The notes under the pieces were generated by a model. That model was not told the DNA's origin, ran no database searches, and saw nothing but the letters and a program-made list of their open reading frames with translations. A stretch of 64,000 nt of DNA from Candidatus Obscuribacterales bacterium (GTDB lineage Bacteria; Cyanobacteriota; Vampirovibrionia; Obscuribacterales; Obscuribacteraceae): the NCBI GenBank assembly GCA_046328035.1, contig JAXLXI010000003.1, positions 73,547 to 137,546 on the forward strand, given 5' to 3'. Every line of letters begins with the position of its first letter. Within the stretch, counting starts at the first letter, position 1. Made by a program: the position numbers and the translations under genes. Positions 38,415-46,892 of this stretch are shown here, piece after piece.

Positions 38415-39665
38415 ATGCACCAGGATAAAAGAAGCTATCTGCTCGCGATCGTTACATTGGTGGCGATGGCGAATGTGGTGCCGAGTCCGCATGTGGTGCC
38501 GGGATGGAATGTGGTGCCGGCAGCACGCGCACAAAGCGCAGCATGGACGCAATATACAAACGCCGGCATGAACGCGTTGAGCAATGCCAATTATGCCGAT
38601 GCCACCAAACTGTTGACGGCGGCTATGAGCGAAGCGGAAAAATCCGGGCCGACCAGCGAGCCTTATCAGAAAAGCCTCAACAATCTGGCAGCGCTGGCGA
38701 CCGCGCAAGGACACTATGCCGACGCCGAAACGTTATACAAGCAAGTGTACAAAATCCAGCAGAAGGCGTATGGACAGCTTGATCCACGAGTAGCGCCGGT
38801 GCTCAATAATCTGGCGGGGCTCTACTTCAGGCAAGGCAAATACGAACAAGCGGAGCCTCTCTATGAGGGGGCTCTAACGGTCGATGAGCGAGCTTATGGA
38901 CCGAATCATCCAAATGTAGGAGCGGTGCTCAACAATCTGGCCGCGCTATATAAAGAAGAAGGTCGTTATGCCGATGCTGAGAAGTATTATTGGCGTGCCT
39001 TGAAAATTCATGAGCAGTGTTTTGGTATCAATCACATAACGGTTTCCACTGGGCTGAATAACCTCGGCGAACTGTTTCATCAACAGAGAAAATACGCGCA
39101 AGCGAAGACCTTCTATGAGAAGGCGCTTTCCATCAACGAGAAAGTTCTCGGTCCGGATCATCTAGAGGTTGCCACCGTACTCAACAACCTGGCTGAACTG
39201 AATCGTGACCAGAGGATGTTTGCGCAAGCAGAACCTCTTTATCAGCGCGCTCTCGCAATAAACGAGCGCAAGCTCGGTCCCGATCATCCGCGCGTTGCCA
39301 TCAATTTGCAGAACCTGGCTCTCATGTATCAAGCACAAGGCAAGCAATTGGGCGATGCCGAGCGTTTGTACAAACAGGCGTTAGCCATCGAAGAAAAGAC
39401 ACTCGGTGCCAACCATCCACACGTTGCCACCACTCTCGAAAATCTCGCCGACCTCTATTACGGTCAGGGAAATTATGCGGCCGCGGAACCGCTGTACAAG
39501 CAGGGACTGGAGATCGACGAAAGTCATGGTCCTAACCAACCGGGACTGATCGCCGATCTGGAAAGCTACGCAAAACTGTTGCGCAAAACTAATCGCCCGC
39601 AAGAGGCAGCAAAATTGGAAGCGCGTGCGCAGATGATCAGAGCTGCACAATCTCAAGCTAGATGA
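38415..39665 (+). CDS. Secreted TPR-repeat protein (TPR_10/12-type repeats)
   Basis: It has a signal peptide. The repeat A.L.NLA.LY..QG.Y..AEPLY..AL occurs about 8 times. Confidence 0.75.
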   Translation: MHQDKRSYLLAIVTLVAMANVVPSPHVVPGWNVVPAARAQSAAWTQYTNAGMNALSNANYADATKLLTAAMSEAEKSGPTSEPYQKSLNNLAALATAQGHYADAETLYKQVYKIQQKAYGQLDPRVAPVLNNLAGLYFRQGKYEQAEPLYEGALTVDERAYGPNHPNVGAVLNNLAALYKEEGRYADAEKYYWRALKIHEQCFGINHITVSTGLNNLGELFHQQRKYAQAKTFYEKALSINEKVLGPDHLEVATVLNNLAELNRDQRMFAQAEPLYQRALAINERKLGPDHPRVAINLQNLALMYQAQGKQLGDAERLYKQALAIEEKTLGANHPHVATTLENLADLYYGQGNYAAAEPLYKQGLEIDESHGPNQPGLIADLESYAKLLRKTNRPQEAAKLEARAQMIRAAQSQAR

Positions 39666-40671
39666 GTTCCGCGGCAGCCTGGAGCCAGCTTTCAGGTTGC
39701 GCTTCACAGTCAAGACAGCGAGACGGCGTCAATCCGCTGCCGTGCATGCATTCATTGCTGGGCAGAAACACACGGGCGGTCACCACTTTCGCCACCGCTC
39801 CGGGCAGTTCGACAACATCCTGTGCCACGCCCTTGCCGAATGTGCGTTCACCTATGAGCACCGCACCACGCGTGTCGCGCAAAGCACCAGCCAACATCTC
39901 ACCTGACGATCTGGTTTTACGATCAACGAGAATTACCACCGGCTTACGCGCAGTCAGATTTTTGTGACGGGGCTGCAAATCCCAGTGACTCTCGAAGCCA
40001 GACTTAATAGAATCCGCGTCGACGACAAGTTCTTCGACTTTCTCGGCAGTGCCGTTTCTCTCCACCATGCGCAGAAACAGCGCCCGATCCACAAACATGG
40101 AATACACCCGCGATGTCAGTGATATATAACCGCCCTTGTTGCCGCGCAGATCGAGAATGTATCCCTTACTGTTTCTGAGCTCCGTAAGCGCCTGCAACGT
40201 GCGCGCTTCCACCGCATCATTGTTGAAAGCCTTGATGCGAATGTAGCCGACGTTGCCACTCAGTTTCTTCCACTGCACTATAGCGCCTGCAGCCTCCGGT
40301 GGTGGTACCGGCAGTTTCTTTAAGTAAGTGAAGTCGTCGTGCAGTGACGCAAGCATAAGTTCTACAGCAGCTCGCGTTTGCTCCTCATTCTGCAGGCGTC
40401 CGCGATAGCGATCTCGCCACTCGCGCCAGGAAGCCATCTTGTCGGAAAAAATGTAGTTGCGCTGCACGAATTCCCAGACCTTCAGGTACTCCCGCTCATA
40501 CTCATTTTCAGGCATCGGCTCAATCGCCTGCACAGATACCGGCGGTACCGCCTCCATCGCTAAGGCTGAGCTTGAAGGAACCGCCACCGAATTGAGAGTC
40601 GGGCACGGGTTGCCGGCTGGGGATTTAACTGCAATGACAGCGCCGATAAACAGGGTGAGGAACGAACACAT
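39658..40671 (-). CDS. S41 family C-terminal processing peptidase
   Basis: VDRKTRSSGEMLAGAL contains the Ser nucleophile, and GNKGG is present. The signal peptide begins at the ATG at 40671. Confidence 0.7.
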   Translation of the reverse strand: MCSFLTLFIGAVIAVKSPAGNPCPTLNSVAVPSSSALAMEAVPPVSVQAIEPMPENEYEREYLKVWEFVQRNYIFSDKMASWREWRDRYRGRLQNEEQTRAAVELMLASLHDDFTYLKKLPVPPPEAAGAIVQWKKLSGNVGYIRIKAFNNDAVEARTLQALTELRNSKGYILDLRGNKGGYISLTSRVYSMFVDRALFLRMVERNGTAEKVEELVVDADSIKSGFESHWDLQPRHKNLTARKPVVILVDRKTRSSGEMLAGALRDTRGAVLIGERTFGKGVAQDVVELPGAVAKVVTARVFLPSNECMHGSGLTPSRCLDCEAQPESWLQAAAELI

Positions 40672-40752
40672 TTTCACGACGCAGCTCACCCCGGCTTGAC
40701 AACAATGAATGCGGAGACGGCAAGGAGGGAGAGTGAGTTCCAATAAAAGCGT

Positions 40753-41823
40753 ATGGGACAATGTAGCCGCCACCGACGGAGACTGCTCCCCATGACGACC
40801 CTGGACGCGACGTGTAACATCAGTCGTCGAGTCGCATCCGCCGTCATTGCGTTGGCGATGTCCATGACGCAAACAACTTCGGTCGCTTCCGCACAATCAA
40901 GCACGATGGCACCATCAAACCCTGTCCCTGTACGCCGTGCATTGGCCGCGGTGCAGCCGGGACAACCCGCGCAGTCGGGGGCTGCCGCGTCCGGTGCGCC
41001 AGAGGCTTCTCCGGCACCGAGCACACAAAATCGGGGGCTCAATCTGACACCCACTGCTCGTGATATCGCTCAGCAACTAGATTTGATGCCTTTGCTCGAG
41101 CAAATTGCTGCATATCAGGCTCGATCTTCACTCGATCTTCGCGACGAGATCGAATTGCTCAAACTCAAACAACGACTGCATTCCAAATTGTTCGTCGCAG
41201 CATTGCAAGTTCGCGATGCCACCGCTCGTATCGAACGCGAACTGGCAATGATCAATCGTATGCGTGGTGTGCTCGAAGATAAACGGGATCGAGCGATCAA
41301 ACTCAACTCGATGGAGAACGTGGCAGCAAGTGGTGCCATGGGAGAGGTTGCGCAGGCTGGCAGCCTATTCAGAAATGAAGTGCCCGGCGAGGTGATCGGA
41401 CTGGTGGCGGGAGCTGCCACTATCGGGTTGGGTACCTGGGCGCTGCGTCAGCAAACAGGCGCCAAGCAGCGCGTCAGCATCAAACCCAACATGCTGACCG
41501 AGATTTTCAACTTCCAGGCAGACAGAGAATCCACCTATCCAGCGGTGATCTGGAATTATCTCAACCGCGCTCCGGTTGGAGAAACCAAAACCAGATTGCA
41601 ACTTTTGATTGAACGGTGGCAGCGGTTCAAAGTCATCCCAGTCAACTTGAAAGGACCGGAAGCGCAGAAACGCATAGGCATTCTGTCTAACACCAGGCAT
41701 AACGGCACGGTCAATATCGACACTTTCAACGACCAGGCAGACATGCTGCTCGACATCAAATCTGAGATCTTCCAGATGGATAAGGACCTGCTCGAACTGA
41801 TGCAGTGTCTCCAGCTCGATTAG
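40753..41823 (+). CDS. Secreted coiled-coil hypothetical protein
   Basis: It has a signal peptide and an Ala/Gln-rich helical region. Confidence 0.45.
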   Translation: MGQCSRHRRRLLPMTTLDATCNISRRVASAVIALAMSMTQTTSVASAQSSTMAPSNPVPVRRALAAVQPGQPAQSGAAASGAPEASPAPSTQNRGLNLTPTARDIAQQLDLMPLLEQIAAYQARSSLDLRDEIELLKLKQRLHSKLFVAALQVRDATARIERELAMINRMRGVLEDKRDRAIKLNSMENVAASGAMGEVAQAGSLFRNEVPGEVIGLVAGAATIGLGTWALRQQTGAKQRVSIKPNMLTEIFNFQADRESTYPAVIWNYLNRAPVGETKTRLQLLIERWQRFKVIPVNLKGPEAQKRIGILSNTRHNGTVNIDTFNDQADMLLDIKSEIFQMDKDLLELMQCLQLD

Positions 41824-41932
41824 ATTTCGATGTACCGGATGAGCATCCTGCACGCTAGGAATTTCGACCGTGGAACGAAGCGAGCGGCTGGTCGTCGCCG
41901 TTGAAGTCATAGCAGAAAGAAGGAGCTCAACA

Positions 41933-42238
41933 ATGCCTAGAGGAAGCAAAGAAAAATACACCGCCAAACAAAAGCGTCAAGCTGAGCATATTGCCGAGAG
42001 CTATGAAGAGAAAGGCGTAAGCGAAAAGGAAGCTAAGTCGCGCGGATGGGCAACCGTCAATAAAGAATCAGGTGGTGGCGAGAAGAAAGGCGGCTCTGGC
42101 ACCAAAAAATCCGAATCCGCCAAGAAAACATCACGCAGCGAAGCCGCGAAGAAAGCAGCAGCAACAAGAAAGCGCCGCGGAACACAAGCCGGCGGCAAAA
42201 CCAAGAAAAAGACTTCGTCCAAGAAGAAAGCCGCTTAG
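41933..42238 (+). CDS. Small Lys-rich basic protein, hypothetical (histone-H1-like tail)
   Basis: AAGGAG is the RBS. The C-terminus has KKxxSxKK repeats. Confidence 0.5.
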   Translation: MPRGSKEKYTAKQKRQAEHIAESYEEKGVSEKEAKSRGWATVNKESGGGEKKGGSGTKKSESAKKTSRSEAAKKAAATRKRRGTQAGGKTKKKTSSKKKAA

Positions 42239-42303
42239 TCCACGGCTAGCCCATTACATCTGTTTTGCGGTAACGTTGTCGGGTCATTCCCGGCGGAAAC
42301 CGC

Positions 42304-42948
42304 ATGTTGCAAACGGATGTCATCAATGTCTACTCAAATCTGCGCTCAGTCGGTGACGCTGACGGGCGCACCGCCATCGGTGAGTTCGCGGTGCACAACG
42401 ATGCACTGACAGCGGCTGCGGAAACAGTGATGAACAATCTGTTCGACTTGCATCGAGCATCCGGCTACACATACTCCGCCACCGAACTCTACGAGCATTG
42501 GTTGACCGAAGGCATCGAAGCGCATATTGAACCGGACGATGCGCAAATGCCGTTTTCGGCTATGAACTTCGCGCGATTGATCGTGCTGCAGGTGACTGGC
42601 GACTACAAATACACGTTGATTCTGGAAGTGACTTGCCAAGACGCTTTGATCTTCCCGTCGGGCTTTGCGGCGCCTTCTCGCGAGTGGAAATTTTGGGTGA
42701 AGGCTCCCGGTACTTATCACGGTCCCGGTGTCGACGGTCTGGTGCGACGCGCAACTGAAGTTTTGTATGAAGATATGAGCTATAAGGCGCTCGAGGCAGA
42801 CGGTTCCAGATACAAGCTGTTGGAGCTCTGGGTACACGAAGTCACCGAATCGCAGATGCGGTCTGAGATGAATCGCACTAATTACGATACTGTGTACTTC
42901 GTCCAGAAAGATGGCGCGTTCGGCACCACAATGCCACGGGACGACTAA
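42304..42948 (+). CDS. Hypothetical protein
   Basis: It is a 214-aa ORF with no recognised motifs. Confidence 0.4.
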   Translation: MLQTDVINVYSNLRSVGDADGRTAIGEFAVHNDALTAAAETVMNNLFDLHRASGYTYSATELYEHWLTEGIEAHIEPDDAQMPFSAMNFARLIVLQVTGDYKYTLILEVTCQDALIFPSGFAAPSREWKFWVKAPGTYHGPGVDGLVRRATEVLYEDMSYKALEADGSRYKLLELWVHEVTESQMRSEMNRTNYDTVYFVQKDGAFGTTMPRDD

Positions 42949-42950
42949 GT

Positions 42951-43022
42951 AGTATACGTATACTGAATCTGTACCGATGCTGCAGTGAATCTGCACTGAT
43001 TTTGCACAGAATCTGTACTGAT
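42951..43022. promoter_or_regulatory. A 14-bp perfect palindrome plus three phased 14-nt direct repeats upstream of the 833-aa/calpain operon
   Basis: AGTATACGTATACT sits at 42951-42964. The repeat GAATCTGYACYGAT occurs at 42965, 42986 and 43009. Confidence 0.35.
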
Positions 43023-43152
43023 TCCGGCCAGATACATAAATATGCAGTCCGACGTTTCCTAATTCCACATTGTCCAGAACTGGGCGCGGCCGTATATATA
43101 GAGCCAGGGCAGGCTATCCGGAAACATCCCCACCGTTTCCAGAGATAACCCA

Positions 43153-45654
43153 ATGGGCGATAAAATCACGCTGCTTCCCCCAGCCGATACATCTCCGCAC
43201 CCGGAGGTCTTGTCGGGATTCGACTTGATTCTAGACGCGCGGCGCGGAGTCGGTAAGGCAAAGACTGCCGAAACGGATCCGATGTTGGCTTTCGCAGAAG
43301 CAAGTTTTCTGATTGAAGAACTCAACGGCTATGCCGGAGTGCGTCGCGATCAGACCACCGAATTTAAAGATGGCGATAAGACTGTCAAATCCACAGTTGG
43401 CGAGCGCGTGGCTCGTTTGCCTGAGCAGATCAATCGCCAATTCAAGCGCGCAGAAGACATGGCCGACGGCGCCGACTTCATGAAGGCTGCGCAAGTCCTC
43501 AATCTTGTTCAGCAGGAATTGCTGCTGCGCCAGCAGCGTCTGGGACAAAACAGCCTGGCGTTGCGGCTTCCTACTCCCGGTGCAGCCGCCAAACTAGATC
43601 TGGAAGGCAGAATGCGTCCAGACGGCAAACTCGATCTGGAAAAATTCACGCCGCAAGAACTGCTTATTCTCAAAAGTCGTCTGGAACAAGTGATCACTGC
43701 GCCGCGAGCAATTCGCGAAATGCACGCGGCGTTTCTTGCTGAAACCGGCGACCTCACCGGTGCCCAGAAGGTCTTAACAGAATCGATGTTGTATGGCGGC
43801 GGCGGACCGGAAAGCGCGGATATTCGCGATGACGTCGCGCTCCGTTTGAAGCGTCAGGCGATCGCTGGCGGCGTCGACCCGCTCGAACTGGCGAGAATGG
43901 GCAGCCGTGCTTTGAGTTTTCACAACAGCGGCGAAGCGACAAGCTACTTCGATCGGGCCGCGGCTGTTGCCGATGGCTTGAACTACGAAGCGCTGCGCAC
44001 TCGCCTCAAGTCGGTAGACGACGAGTTGTCCGCCGGTAAAGCAACTCAAGAACGGCAAGCCGATTTGCAGTTGGAGAAACGGGCTACCGAAGAACTGCTG
44101 CATGCATCAGCGGCGGTGCGGTTCGGTCGCGTGAAACTGGCAGTCAGCCAGGGAAGCTTTGCAGAAGCCACTAACCTCGTCGAAAGCGCAGCGAAAATCG
44201 ATCCAGAATTTGTCAGCGAAAATCACGGCATGTATCTCAACACCTTGCTCTACACCAGAACTGAAGGCAAGGAGCAATCGGTATTCGAGTTCCACAATCA
44301 CCTTGTGCAGTTTCAGCGTCATTTGAGCCCCAAATCGTTCGATGCGGAAGCAGCCCAGCGCGAGCTGGCTCTGGCTCAGGAAGAAGTGAAGAAACTTCCT
44401 TCTGACGCCATCGAAAAGCTGCGCAAGTCCCAAGACGAGAAGGCTAAGAAACTAGAGGCTGACCTGGCGATCGCGACATCGGACGCCGACAAACAAAAAT
44501 TGGCGCGCGAGTTGGAAGAGGCGAAGGAAGGACTGAAAGGTCTGGAGCTGCTTGCGCATGCTCCTGCGTACACAAGACTGATGGAAGGCGTGTTCGCGCT
44601 CTGCAACAAGAAGCAAGGCGACGCGCTGGCAATCTTCGATGAAATCGAGAAGATTGACCCGGAGTACGCGAAAAGTGCAGCAACACAACTGGAAGAGCTG
44701 CGAAAGTTTGCCACCATGCCGCAGGCTATTGAGAAGGAAGAGTCGTTCATCAAGCATCTGCTGAAAGAGCTGGGATACACAGCAGCCGCCATCGCCGCCG
44801 GTGCTCTGGTAGTGGTGGCTACGGGTTGGAGCGGACCCGCTGCGTTAGCAGCCGGATTCGCCGCCGGATCAGCCACGCGCACCGGTCTCAAATATATGTG
44901 CGAAGGCGAAGTAAAATGGTACGACCCGCTAATTGGCGGCGTCGATGGTCTCAGCGGTGGTGCCGGCGTTCTAGTGCGCCGTGCCGCATTGAGTGGATTG
45001 AACGGCAGCGCCCGGGCACTGACTTCCGCAGAGCGCGCCATGCGCGCCGTCTCCGCCGACACTGCGCTACTGGAAGGCTTGCAAGGCGCCCAACGTTTCG
45101 AGACAGCACGCGAACTGGCATACACTGGATTGAAGGGAATGCGTTCAGGTCTCCCCTGGTATTCGAGATTGCCAATCGTCGGCAATCCCGCTTATCGCGA
45201 AGCAGTGGGCGCCGTCGCCAGCATGGGTCGAGTCGGCGCACGCAACGTCGTACTCGCCGACCTGGCAGCCGGTGCCACCACATCGGCCATCGCCCGCGGA
45301 CGCCAGTACGCACCCAAGGCATTCGACGGATCGTATTCATCAGGATTCGACCTGGCATCCGACTACGGAAAAGATGTCTTTGACGATTCGCTATTCTCAG
45401 CCGCCGGCGGAGCCGTCTTGCGTATCATGCCCGGTCAGTCTTACGTACCATGGGCAAAGGCAACCCCGTTCCTCAACGGGCAACGCCGCGTCTTAGATGA
45501 AGTACCGGTGACCATGCAAGCGTTGGAAAAGATAGATGAGCTTCTCAACGAGATAAATGCACCGAGCACACCCAAGCAAGTTCGCCAGTGGTATCTCCAG
45601 AGTCCCGGTCCAAAAGTCGAACTATACATTCCACCTCTGAGCGGCAAGAAGTAA
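43153..45654 (+). CDS. Large (833 aa) coiled-coil protein of unknown function with one predicted TM segment
   Basis: It has extended helical repeats. The hydrophobic stretch AAAIAAGALVVVATGW is present. Its stop codon abuts the calpain start. Confidence 0.6.
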   Translation: MGDKITLLPPADTSPHPEVLSGFDLILDARRGVGKAKTAETDPMLAFAEASFLIEELNGYAGVRRDQTTEFKDGDKTVKSTVGERVARLPEQINRQFKRAEDMADGADFMKAAQVLNLVQQELLLRQQRLGQNSLALRLPTPGAAAKLDLEGRMRPDGKLDLEKFTPQELLILKSRLEQVITAPRAIREMHAAFLAETGDLTGAQKVLTESMLYGGGGPESADIRDDVALRLKRQAIAGGVDPLELARMGSRALSFHNSGEATSYFDRAAAVADGLNYEALRTRLKSVDDELSAGKATQERQADLQLEKRATEELLHASAAVRFGRVKLAVSQGSFAEATNLVESAAKIDPEFVSENHGMYLNTLLYTRTEGKEQSVFEFHNHLVQFQRHLSPKSFDAEAAQRELALAQEEVKKLPSDAIEKLRKSQDEKAKKLEADLAIATSDADKQKLARELEEAKEGLKGLELLAHAPAYTRLMEGVFALCNKKQGDALAIFDEIEKIDPEYAKSAATQLEELRKFATMPQAIEKEESFIKHLLKELGYTAAAIAAGALVVVATGWSGPAALAAGFAAGSATRTGLKYMCEGEVKWYDPLIGGVDGLSGGAGVLVRRAALSGLNGSARALTSAERAMRAVSADTALLEGLQGAQRFETARELAYTGLKGMRSGLPWYSRLPIVGNPAYREAVGAVASMGRVGARNVVLADLAAGATTSAIARGRQYAPKAFDGSYSSGFDLASDYGKDVFDDSLFSAAGGAVLRIMPGQSYVPWAKATPFLNGQRRVLDEVPVTMQALEKIDELLNEINAPSTPKQVRQWYLQSPGPKVELYIPPLSGKK

Positions 45655-46764
45655 ATGGCAGATGTGATTATCGAAAACGAAGCACCGGCGCCGGTCATAC
45701 AAGCGCAACCACCTGCGGTGGCTGATATTGAGCCGTGGTTCAAGGCTCACCGCGAAGAGCTTGACACCAATCACAATGGCAGGGTTGAAGTTGCGGAGTT
45801 GTTCGAAACCGTCTCCAACAAAAAATTCACCAGCCACGATGCGGGTATGGTAATCGGCATGCTCTACGGATTCGAACTGATTGACGGACAAGACAAGAAA
45901 GACAGCGGCATCTCAGAAAAAGATGTGCAAGCGATGAGCAAAAAACTGAAAGACGATCCGAATGGCGACCTCGCGGAAAAGCTAAAACTGGCCATGCTGA
46001 TCGCCGGCTCGCGCACCGACAACATCAATCAAAAACTGTGGGGCGAGTTCAAGAAGCCTGTCGACGCAATCAAGTCGGATGCCGTAGGACAGGGCTCGGT
46101 CGGCGACTGCTGGTTTCTTGGCTCGGTAGCAGCGGTAGCAGACACCATGCCTGAAACCATTGCGCGCATGATCAGGGAAGAACCCGATGGCAAGTTCACC
46201 GTGACATTCCCTGGCGCACCGAAATATCCAGTCACAGTCGATGCACCAACCGCGATGGAGATGGCGCTCTTCGCGCGCTCCGATAAACACGGATCATGGG
46301 TGGCAGTTCTGGAGAAGGCGGCAGCTCAGTTGTTCAACCGTAATTCGCCGTATCCCGCCAAGCACGACATCGCGGCATTGCACGGCGGCGACTGCGGCGT
46401 GGCACTGAGCTTGTTGACCGGCGAGCAGTATGCGCGGCTCGATCCAACAGACCGCAACTTCAGGCAAAAACTGGAAGTGACGGCGCAGTGGGGATTGCCT
46501 ATGTGCGCCGGTTCCAAGCCTATCAACACCGACAAGGACATGGATGAGCGCGGTGTGTTTTTCACGCACCTGTACACAGCCAAGTACGACCCGCGTGACC
46601 GGCAAGTGAGCGTGCGCAACCCGTGGGGCTGGTCTCCCGGCGGCAACAGTGAACCGGTCACTCCCGACGGACAACCGAGAGACGGAGTCCCGGATGGCGC
46701 TTTCAAGCTGTCTGTCGCCGATTTTCAAAAAAGCTTTCCGTCCGTCTGGGTCGTCGTGCCCTGA
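45655..46764 (+). CDS. Calpain-like cysteine peptidase (C2 family) with an N-terminal EF-hand
   Basis: QGSVGDCWFLGSVAAV aligns with the calpain QGALGDCWLLAA and carries the Cys. LEKAAAQ, THLYTA (His) and VRNPWG (Asn) are also present. The EF-hand loop is DTNHNGRVEVAE. Confidence 0.8.
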   Translation: MADVIIENEAPAPVIQAQPPAVADIEPWFKAHREELDTNHNGRVEVAELFETVSNKKFTSHDAGMVIGMLYGFELIDGQDKKDSGISEKDVQAMSKKLKDDPNGDLAEKLKLAMLIAGSRTDNINQKLWGEFKKPVDAIKSDAVGQGSVGDCWFLGSVAAVADTMPETIARMIREEPDGKFTVTFPGAPKYPVTVDAPTAMEMALFARSDKHGSWVAVLEKAAAQLFNRNSPYPAKHDIAALHGGDCGVALSLLTGEQYARLDPTDRNFRQKLEVTAQWGLPMCAGSKPINTDKDMDERGVFFTHLYTAKYDPRDRQVSVRNPWGWSPGGNSEPVTPDGQPRDGVPDGAFKLSVADFQKSFPSVWVVVP

Positions 46765-46824
46765 TCCGACCCGACCTGACCTGACGGGGAAGAAGAATCC
46801 GTTGGGGGTGCTAGTAACCCCTTA

Positions 46825-46854
46825 GGGGAAATCAACACTTCTGTTGATTTCCCC
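46825..46854. terminator. Perfect 13-bp stem / 4-nt loop hairpin between convergent genes
   Basis: The sequence is GGGGAAATCAACA cttc TGTTGATTTCCCC. Neither strand has a strong U-tract. Confidence 0.4.
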
Positions 46855-46892
46855 AAGGCCGAATCAGGACCCACCTGCCCCAGAAAGAATGC

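Noticed and set aside
44376-45185. 269-aa Ala/Ser-rich minus-strand ORF
   Set aside because: It is antisense to the 833-aa gene. Its low-complexity composition mirrors the coding strand.
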